The position numbers and the translations under genes are program-made. Positions 1 to 9,744 of a stretch of DNA of 32,000 nucleotides are shown one piece after another (positions within the stretch are counted from its first letter, which is position 1; every line of letters starts with the position of its first letter). Under the pieces are notes generated by a model, which did not search any database, was not told where the DNA came from, and worked only from the letters and a program-made list of their open reading frames with translations. Origin of the DNA: Idiomarina loihiensis L2TR (GTDB taxonomy: Bacteria; Pseudomonadota; Gammaproteobacteria; Enterobacterales; Alteromonadaceae); assembly GCF_000008465.1 (NCBI RefSeq), contig NC_006512.1, forward strand, positions 1,080,001-1,112,000. The letters are read 5' to 3'.

Positions 1-149
1 CCTTTTTTAGGTATATCGGTTATCGCTTGCAGAAACAACCGCAACTCGGTTATTTGATAAAAATTCGCACAAGTTAAATAAACAGTCACAATTACGTTAG
101 CAAGCCAAAGTCCAGAAAAATAAAGGCTTTCAAGGCCGTTTTAAAACAG

Positions 150-155
150 TATAAT
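150..155 (+). promoter_or_regulatory. candidate sigma70 -10 hexamer upstream of astB
   Basis: Perfect TATAAT at 150..155, about 60 nt upstream of the preferred astB ATG. The -35 region is only weak (CTTTCA/TTTCAA around 127..133). Confidence 0.3.
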
Positions 156-214
156 GGCAATTAAGTTTCTATTTTTAGGTGCACGATACGTGCAGGGAGT
201 ATCGACAAGTGAGC

Positions 215-1558
215 ATGCAACACTTCGAAGTCAACTATGACGGTTTGGTTGGGCCAACTCATAACTACGCTGGACTGTCGTTCGGCAACGTTGCCTCTTT
301 AGCCAATGCAAAAGCAACATCCAGCCCCAAACATGCTGCCCTGCAAGGTCTGAAAAAAATGAAAGCCTTGCACGATATGGGAATGAAGCAAGGTGTGTTG
401 GCGCCACAGGAACGCCCGGATATTTTTGCATTACGCCGCCTGGGCTTCCACGGTACCGATTCCGAGGTTTTATACCGTGCAGCAACCGAAGCACCCGCCA
501 TATTTCAGGCCGTTTGCTCCGCTTCCAGTATGTGGACAGCCAATGCCGCGACAGTTTCGCCCAGTGCAGACACAGCAAATGGGAAAGTGCATTTCACTCC
601 GGCGAATCTGACCAATAAGTTTCACCGTTCGTTAGAACCACAAACCAGTGGCCGTATTCTGCAGGCAATGTTCAATAATGGTCGTTATTTTGAGCATCAC
701 ACCCACCTGCCGGACAATGAACATTTTGGTGACGAAGGTGCCGCGAACCACACCCGTCTGTGTCGTGAATATGGTCATGCCGGAATTGAGCTCTTTGTTT
801 TTGGCCGTTACGCCTTCGACAGTTCTAAACCAGCACCTAAGCGCTTCCCGGCAAGACAGACTCTGGAAGCCTCTCAGGCAATTGCCCGGTTGCATGGTTT
901 AAGTGAAGACAACACCGTTTACATTCAGCAGAACCCCGATGTTATTGACCAGGGCGTATTCCATAATGATGTTATCGCGGTCGGTAACCAGAATGTGCTT
1001 TTTTATCACGAGCAGGCCTTTACTGATACCGAGTCGAAATTAGCAGAAATTCAACGTAAATTCGGCGAACATCCGCTACATTTCATTAAAGTTGCTACAG
1101 AACAAGTGAGCATTCAGGACGCAGTAAATACCTACTTATTCAATACTCAGTTAATTACACCGCCCGACGGCCAAATGACCATTATCGCGCCTACCGAGTG
1201 CCAGGAAAACGATAATGTCCGTTCCTATCTTGAGCAGTTGACGCAAAGCGCTGACAGCCCAATTAAGCGGGTTGAATACTTTGACGTTAAGCAGAGTATG
1301 CGCAACGGTGGCGGTCCAGCCTGTTTGCGTTTACGTGTTGCTTTAAACGATGAAGAAATAGCGGGTGCAAACCAGAATTGCCTGATGTCTGACGGGTTAT
1401 TTAATCGTTTGAATCAATGGGTAGAGAAGCATTACCGTGATGAGTTAGCAGTCGATGATTTACGTGACCCGGCGCTACTGGAAGAATCACGCACGGCACT
1501 TGATGAGTTAACACAAATTATGAAGCTGGGTTCGGTGTACCCATTCCAGCAAGACTGA
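215..1558 (+). CDS. astB: N-succinylarginine dihydrolase
   Basis: ORF 179..1558. The N-terminus [21 protein letters not shown] and the C-terminal [14 protein letters not shown] (catalytic Cys region) are AstB hallmarks. The ATG at 215 ([10 protein letters not shown]) corresponds to where E. coli AstB starts. The GTG at 179 would add 12 non-conserved residues. Confidence 0.93.
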   Translation: MQHFEVNYDGLVGPTHNYAGLSFGNVASLANAKATSSPKHAALQGLKKMKALHDMGMKQGVLAPQERPDIFALRRLGFHGTDSEVLYRAATEAPAIFQAVCSASSMWTANAATVSPSADTANGKVHFTPANLTNKFHRSLEPQTSGRILQAMFNNGRYFEHHTHLPDNEHFGDEGAANHTRLCREYGHAGIELFVFGRYAFDSSKPAPKRFPARQTLEASQAIARLHGLSEDNTVYIQQNPDVIDQGVFHNDVIAVGNQNVLFYHEQAFTDTESKLAEIQRKFGEHPLHFIKVATEQVSIQDAVNTYLFNTQLITPPDGQMTIIAPTECQENDNVRSYLEQLTQSADSPIKRVEYFDVKQSMRNGGGPACLRLRVALNDEEIAGANQNCLMSDGLFNRLNQWVEKHYRDELAVDDLRDPALLEESRTALDELTQIMKLGSVYPFQQD

Positions 1559-1583
1559 GCGCCCAACGCTCAGTCTTTTATTT
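1552..1583 (+). terminator. rho-independent terminator after astB
   Basis: Perfect 10-bp stem AGACTGAGCG (1552..1561) / CGCTCAGTCT (1567..1576), loop CCCAA, followed by TTTATTT. The stem includes the astB stop codon. The site lies between convergent astB and purF, and a U-tract exists only for the + strand. Confidence 0.75.
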
Positions 1584-1592
1584 CAGAATGAA

Positions 1593-3110
1593 TTAATCGT
1601 TGTCGTTGTGAAGTTCGAGGTTGGCGTCTTCTGAGCCGTCACGATCGGACCTTGCAACGTCATTACGTGCCGCATGCAAACGATCTAAGTACTCCTGGCT
1701 CACATCACCCGTTACGTATTCACCACTGAATACCGACGTATCAAAACGTTTAATTGATCGGTTCTCTGCTCCTACTGCTTCAATTAAGTCGTCAAGATCC
1801 TGATAAATGAGACCATCAGCTTTAATTATGTCACGAATTTCCGTTGCTTCACGTCCGTGACCAATCAGCTCGTTAGCGCTTGGCATATCAATGCCGTAAA
1901 CGTTCGGGAAGCGAATTTCCGGAGCAGCTGAAGCAAAATATACTTTCTTCGCACCGGCTTCACGAGCCATTTCAATTATTTGCTCTGACGTTGTTCCACG
2001 TACAATTGAATCATCAACCAGCAGAACGTTCTTACCACGGAATTCCGCGCTAATGGCATTTAACTTTCGGCGTACTGATTTACGTCGCTGAGTCTGTCCC
2101 GGCATAATAAAGGTACGACCAATATAACGGTTTTTCACAAAGCCCTGGCGATAAGGTAAGTCCAGCACGCTGGCTATCTCTAAAGCGATATCACAGCTGG
2201 TTTCAGGAATTGGAATAACCACATCAATATCGAGTTCGCCGTAATCACGCTTTATCTTCTCGCCCAGCTTACGGCCCATATTAACCCGAGAGGCATAGAC
2301 CGAAATGCCATCAATAAACGAGTCGGGACGCGCAAAGTACACGTACTCAAAAATACACGGACAATGTATTGGCTTATCAGCGCACTGACGAGAATACAGC
2401 TTGCCATCGTTTGTAATATAAATAGCTTCGCCAGGCTCGACATCGCGCATATATTTAAAACCGGTGCCGTCAATGGCAACGCTTTCAGAGGCAACAATGT
2501 ACTCTTCGCCGTCTTCGGTATCACGTTTACCCAGGGCTAAAGGACGAATGCCCCATGGGTCACGGAATGCAACCATGCCATGACCGAGGATCATTGCTAC
2601 CACGGCATAAGAACCACGAACCTGACGGTGAACCGCGGTCATGGTGCGAAAAACGTCTTCTTCGCTCAGCGTTAAACTCTCGTTTTTATCCAGCTCATTG
2701 GCAAAAATGTTCAGCAAAATTTCCGAGTCGGAGGTGGTATTAATATGACGACGCGCCGTTTGAAACAAATGTTCCTGAACGTCAGCAGCATTGGTTAAGT
2801 TACCATTATGCGCCATGGCAATACCAAAAGGTGAGTTAACATAGAACGGTTGCGCTTCTGCTGAGCTCGAACTTCCGACTGTAGGATAACGCACATGACC
2901 AATACCGACATTACCCGACAAGCGGTGCATGTGACGTGTATGGAACACATCCCGCACCAATCCGTTGGCTTTTCTTAAACGCAAAGTACAGTGCTCATCA
3001 ACTGTCATAATACCAGCGGCGTCCTGGCCACGATGTTGAAGCATGGTTAACCCATCGTAAAGCGCTTGGTTAACAGGCTGCTTACCAACAATACCAACAA
3101 TACCACACAT
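1593..3110 (-). CDS. purF: amidophosphoribosyltransferase (glutamine PRPP amidotransferase)
   Basis: Starts MCGIVGIVG (Ntn Cys nucleophile). PRPP loop [13 protein letters not shown]. 505 aa, as in E. coli PurF. Lies 14 nt downstream of cvpA, as in the E. coli cvpA-purF operon. Confidence 0.97.
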   Translation of the reverse strand: MCGIVGIVGKQPVNQALYDGLTMLQHRGQDAAGIMTVDEHCTLRLRKANGLVRDVFHTRHMHRLSGNVGIGHVRYPTVGSSSSAEAQPFYVNSPFGIAMAHNGNLTNAADVQEHLFQTARRHINTTSDSEILLNIFANELDKNESLTLSEEDVFRTMTAVHRQVRGSYAVVAMILGHGMVAFRDPWGIRPLALGKRDTEDGEEYIVASESVAIDGTGFKYMRDVEPGEAIYITNDGKLYSRQCADKPIHCPCIFEYVYFARPDSFIDGISVYASRVNMGRKLGEKIKRDYGELDIDVVIPIPETSCDIALEIASVLDLPYRQGFVKNRYIGRTFIMPGQTQRRKSVRRKLNAISAEFRGKNVLLVDDSIVRGTTSEQIIEMAREAGAKKVYFASAAPEIRFPNVYGIDMPSANELIGHGREATEIRDIIKADGLIYQDLDDLIEAVGAENRSIKRFDTSVFSGEYVTGDVSQEYLDRLHAARNDVARSDRDGSEDANLELHNDND

Positions 3111-3124
3111 GTCTTTTCACCTTT

Positions 3125-3619
3125 TTATACAGGTTGAGGGACTAAAAAACTGGAGCTGTTTTCCAGATAGCTGAAAAACCACTGAATAAATACACCGAAA
3201 TGAGGAATTAACACGGACTCCTTCCACCAGTCACTGGAAGATAACGTAGTAAAAGAGTCTATAAAGAATAATAACGCACTGACAATTAGCACTCCGCGTA
3301 AAGCGCCAAACACCAGACCAAGTACCCGGTCGGTTCCGGACAAGCCGGTGTGATGAACTAATTGAGACAGAATATAGTTGATAATAGCGCCCAGAATAAG
3401 TGTCGCTACGAATAATGCGGCAATAGCGGCAGCGTTTCTGACCAGCGGATCACCAATTTGGGTAAAGTATACCGCAAGATCTTCGTAGAACTGACTAGCG
3501 ATGAAAAAAGCTGCTATCCAGATGGCCAGAGATACGGCTTCTTTAACGAACCCTCTTACCAGGCTGATAAGCGTAGAAAGGCCAATAACAATAATAATGG
3601 CGTAGTCAATCCAGAGCAT
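3125..3619 (-). CDS. cvpA: colicin V production / CvpA family inner membrane protein
   Basis: [28 protein letters not shown] ... [22 protein letters not shown] closely parallels E. coli CvpA. Four hydrophobic segments. Conserved position upstream of purF. Confidence 0.93.
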   Translation of the reverse strand: MLWIDYAIIIVIGLSTLISLVRGFVKEAVSLAIWIAAFFIASQFYEDLAVYFTQIGDPLVRNAAAIAALFVATLILGAIINYILSQLVHHTGLSGTDRVLGLVFGALRGVLIVSALLFFIDSFTTLSSSDWWKESVLIPHFGVFIQWFFSYLENSSSFLVPQPV

Positions 3620-3708
3620 AATGACTCACAATTGCTGGGCTAAAGACGCGGGCGATTTTAACAGAATGCGATTCATAATGTGATTTCTTTTCGCATATAT
3701 TGCAAAAC

Positions 3709-4254
3709 TCATGGCCGGTAGGTAATGACCTTACCTTCAAGGCCAGTTAGCTCTTTTAACGGCGTCAGTTGCTTTTCTAGTTCTGTTTTTGACGTATCCG
3801 GACCAACCAATACACGGATCAAAGAACCTCCGGACGTCTCTTGAGAGTATGCGGCAAAGCCTTTTGCCTGTAGCTGTGAAATAAGCCGCTTAACACTATC
3901 TTCCTGACTAAAAGCACCTAACTGAATAACCCAGGCTTTACCATCGACCGCGAACTCGGCTGGCTCACGTGGTGGAGCTTGTACGTTGCTGTCCTCCTGA
4001 ACCGAAGCGGCCTCATCTGCCGTTTTCTCAACATCTGATGATGCTTCTTCAACCGTAACGGGTTCTGCTACAGTTGTATCTGATAGAGTTTCCGGCTTCT
4101 TCAGCTGCTCCTCTACTGCGGGTTTTAATGGAATGGTTTCCATTGGTTCCACAGGCTCTTTCTTTTCGCCATCAAGCACATCTGGAATAATGATCACGGC
4201 TAACGCCACAAGTATTAAAGTGCCAACGAGACGATTTTGTAGAGAACTGGACAA
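3709..4254 (-). CDS. dedD: SPOR-domain cell division protein DedD
   Basis: N-terminus SSLQNRLVGTLILVALAVIIIPDVLDGEKK resembles E. coli DedD (FQNRLVGTIVLVALGVIVLPGLLDGQKK). Acidic/Pro linker, then a C-terminal SPOR-like segment (WVIQLGAFSQEDSVKRLISQLQAKGFAAY). TTG start 7 nt after AAGGAG and 3 nt after the folC stop. No in-frame ATG alternative. Confidence 0.88.
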   Translation of the reverse strand: MSSSLQNRLVGTLILVALAVIIIPDVLDGEKKEPVEPMETIPLKPAVEEQLKKPETLSDTTVAEPVTVEEASSDVEKTADEAASVQEDSNVQAPPREPAEFAVDGKAWVIQLGAFSQEDSVKRLISQLQAKGFAAYSQETSGGSLIRVLVGPDTSKTELEKQLTPLKELTGLEGKVITYRP

Positions 4255-4257
4255 AGC

Positions 4258-5550
4258 TCAAGCTCCTTTTAGATAAGCGTTAATTCTCGCTACAGTGTAA
4301 AACGAGCCGAAGCCGAAAACCAGAGCTTTGCCGTCATTCATTTGCCATTGCTGCGCTGCTGTCACTGCTGCTGCAAACGCCTGCTCCACCGATTCAAACA
4401 GATAACAGGATTCTGTAGGTAATTTAGCATTGATCACCAAGTTATCCGCAGTTTCACCACGCGGCTCCGACAGTGAGCCAAGATACCAGGCAGAAGCCTG
4501 AGAACTCAATGCGTTAGCGACACCGGCATGGTCTTTGTCACTTAACATCCCCACAACAGCAAAAATTTTATGTTGTGGATAAAATTTATTCAAATAGCGA
4601 CTAGCATAAACTGCAGCCTGCGGGTTATGCGCAACGTCCAGCAAAACTTCAATACCATTAACGGTATCAGGTTGCATTCTCCCAGGTAAACTTGCCTGAG
4701 TAATACCTTCACGAATAGCCGATAAGCTGACTGGTAACGGCAATTGTTCGATAGCCGCAATGGCTGTTGACGCGTTGATAAGAGGCAGTTTTGGTAACGG
4801 CAAGTCATTCAATTGGGTGTTCTGACTACGATAACTCCAGCTTTCATCGTATTCGGTACGATGAAAGTCACGCCCGACTTGATAAAGCTTAGCCCCGATG
4901 CGCTCCGCGCTTTCTGCAATACTGGCCGTTGGACTTGCTTCACCACAAATTAATGGCTTACCCGATCTGGCAATACCGGCTTTTTCATACCCAATGTGCT
5001 CACGATTATTTCCGAGAAAAGCAATGTGGTCGATGCCGATACTGGTGACCACAGCCACGTCTGCGTCAACACAGTTAACCGCGTCTAGACGCCCACCCAG
5101 GCCTACCTCAAGAATAGCGACATCCGGAGACTGGCGACCCATTAACCAAAGCGCCGCTAACGTACCAAACTCAAAATAAGTTAATGACGTATTGTTACGA
5201 GCCTGCTCAATAGCATGAAATGCTTTAACGTGTTCGGAGTCCGGCAATTCTTGCGCATTAACCCGAACTCGCTCGCGATACTCGGTAATATGCGGTGAGG
5301 TATAAACGCCGGTAGTGTAACCTGCCGCCTGCAGAATCGTTTCCAGATAGCAAACTGTTGAGCCTTTACCATTGGTTCCGCTAACCGTTATGACTAAAGC
5401 TGCCGGCTTTAATACGCCGGCATTAGCAGCCACTCTGGCTACACGCTCCAGACCCATATCGATATTTTTCGGATGAAGTTTTTCGAGGTAGGTCAGCCAC
5501 TCCTGCAGTGATGCAGTCACTGCAGGAGCTGATGAAGATATCTCCGCCAT
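4258..5550 (-). CDS. folC: bifunctional folylpolyglutamate synthase / dihydrofolate synthase
   Basis: Mur-ligase P-loop VSGTNGKGST. LEVGLGGRLDAVN, VAHNPQAA and SFYTV match FolC along the whole length. accD-folC-dedD order as in E. coli. Confidence 0.95.
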   Translation of the reverse strand: MAEISSSAPAVTASLQEWLTYLEKLHPKNIDMGLERVARVAANAGVLKPAALVITVSGTNGKGSTVCYLETILQAAGYTTGVYTSPHITEYRERVRVNAQELPDSEHVKAFHAIEQARNNTSLTYFEFGTLAALWLMGRQSPDVAILEVGLGGRLDAVNCVDADVAVVTSIGIDHIAFLGNNREHIGYEKAGIARSGKPLICGEASPTASIAESAERIGAKLYQVGRDFHRTEYDESWSYRSQNTQLNDLPLPKLPLINASTAIAAIEQLPLPVSLSAIREGITQASLPGRMQPDTVNGIEVLLDVAHNPQAAVYASRYLNKFYPQHKIFAVVGMLSDKDHAGVANALSSQASAWYLGSLSEPRGETADNLVINAKLPTESCYLFESVEQAFAAAVTAAQQWQMNDGKALVFGFGSFYTVARINAYLKGA

Positions 5551-6428
5551 TACTCGTTTACACTTACTTCCGTAGCTTCGGTAGAAGGTAAGTTTTGCAT
5601 TTTCGCCAACAAACGGGCAACAGTATCGCGCATATCACGACGGTCGGTAATCATGTCGATAGCCCCATGTTCCAGCAGGAACTCAGCGCGTTGAAAACCT
5701 TCCGGTAAGGTTTGACGAACCGTTTGTTCAATAACCCGAGGTCCGGCAAAGCCGATGAGAGCTTTTGGTTCAGCAATATGAATATCGCCCAACATTGCCA
5801 GACTCGCAGAAACACCACCCATGGTCGGGTCGGTTAATATCGAGATGAACGGCAGGCCTTCTTCGCTCATACGAGCTAAAGCCGCAGAGGTCTTAGCCAT
5901 TTGCATTAACGACATCAGAGCTTCCTGCATACGAGCACCGCCGGAGGCAGAGAAACATACCAGCGGAATACGATGCTTAAGGCAGACTTCGGCAGCCAGT
6001 ACAAACTTAGCCCCTACCACCGATGCCATGGAGCCGCCCATAAAGTTAAAGTCAAAGGCAACCGCGACTAGAGGAACGCCTTTTACGGTACCTTTCTCGG
6101 CAATTAGGGCGTCGTTCTCACCCGTGCTTTTTTGCGCGGCAGCAATACGGTCTTTGTATTTTTTGGAATCTTTAAAGCGCAGAACATCTTTTGGCTCTAA
6201 ATCTGTGCCTATTTCTTCGCGATTGTCTTTATCCAGAAAAATATCTAAACGGCTGCGCCCGGTAACCCGCATGTGATGATCACACTTAGGGCAAACATTA
6301 AGGCTGCGTTCTAAATCAGCCTTATAAATAATATTGCCACAGGCCGTGCACTTGCTCCACACGCCCTCTGGAACGCCACGTCGTTTGTTAATTTTTGGCT
6401 TCGCAAGAATTCTTTCTATCCAGCTCAT
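5550..6428 (-). CDS. accD: acetyl-CoA carboxylase carboxyltransferase beta subunit
   Basis: N-terminal Cys4 zinc finger ([10 protein letters not shown]...CPKCDHH) and a carboxyltransferase core ([23 protein letters not shown]). The stop codon overlaps the folC ATG (TAATG at 5548..5552). Confidence 0.96.
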   Translation of the reverse strand: MSWIERILAKPKINKRRGVPEGVWSKCTACGNIIYKADLERSLNVCPKCDHHMRVTGRSRLDIFLDKDNREEIGTDLEPKDVLRFKDSKKYKDRIAAAQKSTGENDALIAEKGTVKGVPLVAVAFDFNFMGGSMASVVGAKFVLAAEVCLKHRIPLVCFSASGGARMQEALMSLMQMAKTSAALARMSEEGLPFISILTDPTMGGVSASLAMLGDIHIAEPKALIGFAGPRVIEQTVRQTLPEGFQRAEFLLEHGAIDMITDRRDMRDTVARLLAKMQNLPSTEATEVSVNE

Positions 6429-6467
6429 ACTATTCCGCCCAAAGGCTGTTATTAGTCAATTTGATGT

Positions 6468-6495
6468 AGCTTACATGGTACCACAAATGGGTCAA
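6468..6495 (-). promoter_or_regulatory. candidate accD promoter
   Basis: Minus strand TTGACC (6495..6490), 16-nt spacer, TAAGCT (6473..6468), in the 91-nt truA-accD gap. The -10 matches only TAnnnT. Confidence 0.25.
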
Positions 6496-6519
6496 GCAAA
6501 GAGGTCATAACAGTGACTC

Positions 6520-7305
6520 TTAATCGCCTAGCCACAAAGGTCCCAGTGGAGCATCGGGTATATTATAGTGTTCCGGGTAAGTTACTGCCACCAGGTAAAG
6601 TCCGCCGGGTTTCGCTGTAGCTGCAGCCTTGGTGCGGTCTTTCTGTCTTAACAATTCTCCAATCCAGTCCGGTGGCTGCAGGTGCTGACCAACAACGATC
6701 AAACTGCCGACGATATTTCGCACCATGTGATGCAAAAAGGCATTCGCCGAAATATCCACGATAATATAGTCGCCACGGCGTTCAACCGTTAAATCGGAAA
6801 CCTTACGAAACGGGGTATGCGACTGGCAATGAGATGCCCGGAATGCAGTAAAGTCATGTTCACCGACAAGCGCCTGAGCAGCTTCTTGCATAACTTCAGC
6901 GTCAAGTGGTTGATGATAATGACTGACCCCTGCCGAATGGATCCCCGGACGGAATCTGGTATTGGCAATAATATAACGGTAACGTCGCGACGTAGCGCTA
7001 AACCGCGCACTGAACTCACTGTCAACTTCCCGCGCCCAGCGTACAGCAATACCAGCGGGCAGATTACTGTTCACTCCTAACGTCCAGGCAACATCAGCTC
7101 TTGGTACCGGGACATCAAAATGCACGATCTGTGCGGTAGCATGAACACCAGCATCCGTTCTGCCGGCACAAGTTACCTCAACAGGCGCATTCGCTATTTT
7201 ACTCAAAGCCTCTTCAACACACTGCTGAACACTGGCTACTTCACGTTGTCGTTGCCATCCATAATAACGACTGCCGTCGTATTCAAGGCATAAGGCCATT
7301 CGCAT
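6520..7305 (-). CDS. truA: tRNA pseudouridine(38-40) synthase
   Basis: [14 protein letters not shown] and [11 protein letters not shown] (catalytic Asp motif). 261 aa. Conserved position downstream of usg/fimV. Confidence 0.95.
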   Translation of the reverse strand: MRMALCLEYDGSRYYGWQRQREVASVQQCVEEALSKIANAPVEVTCAGRTDAGVHATAQIVHFDVPVPRADVAWTLGVNSNLPAGIAVRWAREVDSEFSARFSATSRRYRYIIANTRFRPGIHSAGVSHYHQPLDAEVMQEAAQALVGEHDFTAFRASHCQSHTPFRKVSDLTVERRGDYIIVDISANAFLHHMVRNIVGSLIVVGQHLQPPDWIGELLRQKDRTKAAATAKPGGLYLVAVTYPEHYNIPDAPLGPLWLGD

Positions 7306-7316
7306 ACTACTTTATC

Positions 7317-9665
7317 CTACGAATCTAGTTTCTGTTGCAGCGTCTTAGCTTCATTTGCCAGCGCTTCATCATCACCTTCTGCTAATTGCTGAAGAATCTC
7401 CCGAGCTTCGTCCTCTTCGCCCATTTCAATATAGGCTCTGGCAAGATCAAGCTGACCCGACGGTTCATCATCTTGTGGAGCCCCTTCGGCATCTCCAGAT
7501 TCATCATCCGGTAAAACGTCTTTTACTGCCGACGACTGATAGCGATCACTGTCTTCGTCTTCCTCATCGGCATCCGCCATTAAGGAGTCAATATCCACAA
7601 ATTCATCGTCGTCGGTAGCGCTAAATGCATCAGTTTCGGCTTCGCTTTCGGTGTCGTTTTCTTCTGTAGCCGGCTCATCTTCATCGACAATATTATCCGC
7701 ATTATCGGAACCACCAAATAGCGACTCTAAGTCTTTGTCCGCTTCATCTTCTGCCTTATCAAGTTCCGCATCGTCGTCGGGAACTTCTTCTTCAAGGTCA
7801 TCCAGTGACTGAGTCAACTCATCCGACTCTTGCAGCAACTGTTCCAGATTATCTTCTTCGGAGTCTTCTTCTACAGGCTGGCTTTCCTCCTGCGAGGTTA
7901 GCTCGGTTTCTTCCGCTTCGGCAGCCTCTTCTGATTGAGCCTCATCAGCTTCTGGTTCATCTTCGGCTTCGGAGCTGTCGGTTTCTATGCTTTCCGCTTT
8001 CTCACTTTCCGGCTCATCGGCTTCGTTTTCCGCAAGACCCAACTCAGCGAGAACATCATCAACCTCGCTGTCGTCAAAGTCATCCGGCAACAAGTCGTCA
8101 CTTTCCTGGTCTGAATCAGTTTCGCCTTTGTCAGGCTTATCATCAACTGCACGCTCATCGTCGCTGTCAGCTTCTTCAGGAGTTTCTGAAGGCGCGTTGT
8201 CGGACAAAATGTCATCGATATCATCGACGTCAGCTACTGCAGACTCTTCTTCTGTTGCTTCACCTTCTTGCTCAATATTTTCTGAAACAGGTTCATCAGC
8301 ATCTGCACTCGATGACTCCGGAGACTCTTCTTCATCAGTGACGGAAAGGTCAATCGCCTGTTCATCATCATCGTCGGCTTCGCCAAATAAACGATCCAGT
8401 TCATCCTGAGACAATTCACTAGACTCTTCGTCTTCTTCATCCGGCAATACAGCCTGATCATCGTCGTCTAAATCGTCTTCTACAGCCGGTTCAGTTTCGG
8501 CTTCCGGCTTCGGTTCTTCCTTCCTGGCATCGTCTTTTCCATCGTCAAGACGAACGCTCAAATCAGCGGCTTCCGGCTCATCCGAATTTCCGGTTAACTC
8601 AGCCTCTAGCGCACTTAAGTCGTCACCTTCGTCATCAGTGCTTTCTTCACCATCAATATCGAATAAGCCATCTGTACTGTCGTTAGGTACATCTCCCAGC
8701 AGTTCTTTATCGAGTTCAGCGGCGGCTTCTTCTTCAGTAAGCTCTTTACTGCTCTTTTCTTCCGCCTCTTCATCTTCCTCTACCGGTTTGGCTGAACGGC
8801 GCAAAAAGAAAAACACAATAAGACCGATAATAAGCAGTGCCGGTAATACTGATACAAGCAACATATTCAAAGGACTTTGCAACCAGTCGGAAAACCCGGA
8901 CTCCTGCTCCAGCTCTTCTCTAGCCTGCTGTTCAAGCAGCTCCCGTTGTTGAGCTAATACCTGTTGAAACTGAACTTCCAGTTCATCGGTTTTGCTCACA
9001 TTATTGGCAAGCTCATCTAAACGCGACGCTAATGCGTCGATACGCTCCTGCAGAGACTTATTCTCTTCATACATGCGCTCAACCGCCTGCATGGACTGCT
9101 GCATATCAGAGCGCAACTCCTGAAAGTTTTGTTCCTGTCGCTGTTCAACTTCCTGAATGGTTTGTTCAGCTTTCTCCCGGGCCTGCTCAAGTAACTCCTG
9201 CTGTTCCGCGCGAGTTTTCTGAGTGTCCTGCCGAGCTTGCGAGAGTTGTTGAGACTTGGTTTTTAATTGGCTATCTACCACGACTTGCCGACGAGCGGCT
9301 TCGGGGTTAACCATTTTGATTTCTTGCAAAGAGGGAATGCGCAGGTAAAAACCATTGAGCATGCGGTTCATATTACCATCGACGAAGGCATCGTCATTAG
9401 CCTGCACAATAGCAACCATAGTCTGATACTGGGTCACACTGGAGTGTGGCTTATAACGCCGCGCAATATCCCACAAGGTGTCGTTGCTGCTTATAGGCCC
9501 ATAGCGCTCCTGGCCGATACGAACATCGGTTGCTTCTGAGCCTTTCTCGCCTTTTATAACGACGCCATCCTGCCAGCCTGCAGCAGCGACAGTCATGCTG
9601 CCGGACAACACCATGGCTGCCAGCGAGAAGTATCTCAGTACCTGCACTATCTTGGTTTTTCTCAT
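7317..9665 (-). CDS. fimV: FimV/HubP-family polar landmark protein (LysM, coiled coil, TM, long acidic cytoplasmic region, FimV C-terminal motif)
   Basis: Signal/anchor-like N-terminus. LysM-like segment at aa 57-111 (ISSNDTLWDIARRY...FYLRIPS). Gln/Glu-rich coiled coil at about aa 130-255. TM at aa 266-288 (nt 8802..8870). Acidic region at aa 291-738. C-terminal LDLARAYIEMGEEDEAREILQQL motif. Lies between usg and truA, as fimV does in Pseudomonas. Confidence 0.9.
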   Translation of the reverse strand: MRKTKIVQVLRYFSLAAMVLSGSMTVAAAGWQDGVVIKGEKGSEATDVRIGQERYGPISSNDTLWDIARRYKPHSSVTQYQTMVAIVQANDDAFVDGNMNRMLNGFYLRIPSLQEIKMVNPEAARRQVVVDSQLKTKSQQLSQARQDTQKTRAEQQELLEQAREKAEQTIQEVEQRQEQNFQELRSDMQQSMQAVERMYEENKSLQERIDALASRLDELANNVSKTDELEVQFQQVLAQQRELLEQQAREELEQESGFSDWLQSPLNMLLVSVLPALLIIGLIVFFFLRRSAKPVEEDEEAEEKSSKELTEEEAAAELDKELLGDVPNDSTDGLFDIDGEESTDDEGDDLSALEAELTGNSDEPEAADLSVRLDDGKDDARKEEPKPEAETEPAVEDDLDDDDQAVLPDEEDEESSELSQDELDRLFGEADDDDEQAIDLSVTDEEESPESSSADADEPVSENIEQEGEATEEESAVADVDDIDDILSDNAPSETPEEADSDDERAVDDKPDKGETDSDQESDDLLPDDFDDSEVDDVLAELGLAENEADEPESEKAESIETDSSEAEDEPEADEAQSEEAAEAEETELTSQEESQPVEEDSEEDNLEQLLQESDELTQSLDDLEEEVPDDDAELDKAEDEADKDLESLFGGSDNADNIVDEDEPATEENDTESEAETDAFSATDDDEFVDIDSLMADADEEDEDSDRYQSSAVKDVLPDDESGDAEGAPQDDEPSGQLDLARAYIEMGEEDEAREILQQLAEGDDEALANEAKTLQQKLDS

Positions 9666-9744
9666 CCTTTAGTCTCTGCCCGCGCTTTGCTCTTATCTTT
9701 AACGGCGTTCGTTAAAAAAACTTTATGACATACAGCTGCTTAAA

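Noticed and set aside
16-75. 8-bp direct repeat TCGGTTAT (16..23 and 46..53), and an ARG-box-like TTGATAAAAATTCGC upstream of astB.
   Set aside because: One 8-bp repeat in about 180 nt has roughly a one-in-four chance expectation. The ARG-box half-sites are out of register with TGAAT-N4-ATTCA.
3620-3708. Looked for a PurR operator (ACGCAAACGTTTGCGT-like) upstream of cvpA-purF, as in E. coli.
   Set aside because: Only GAATGCGATTC is present, and it has no match to the PurR core. A weak TTGCAA-N18/19-CATTAT promoter is the most that can be said.
5821-6276. 151-aa plus-strand ORF inside accD. Similar antisense ORFs lie in folC, truA, pdxB, the TBDR, cysS and the M17 gene.
   Set aside because: These are shadow ORFs opposite highly conserved genes, with low-complexity or biased composition.
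7805-8952. Three plus-strand ORFs inside fimV: 7805..8341 (178 aa), 7987..8409 (140 aa, Ser-rich) and 8638..8952 (104 aa, Ser-rich).
   Set aside because: They are the antisense mirror of the GAn/GCn-rich acidic codons of fimV, which read as Ser/Leu/Phe-rich low-complexity frames. They have no start context or recognisable family, and fimV on the other strand is strongly supported.
9698-9716. Inverted repeat TTTAACG-GCGTT-CGTTAAA between usg and fimV, considered as a terminator.
   Set aside because: On the transcribed minus strand the T-run precedes the hairpin instead of following it. The stem is short and AT-rich, so it is not a credible intrinsic terminator.
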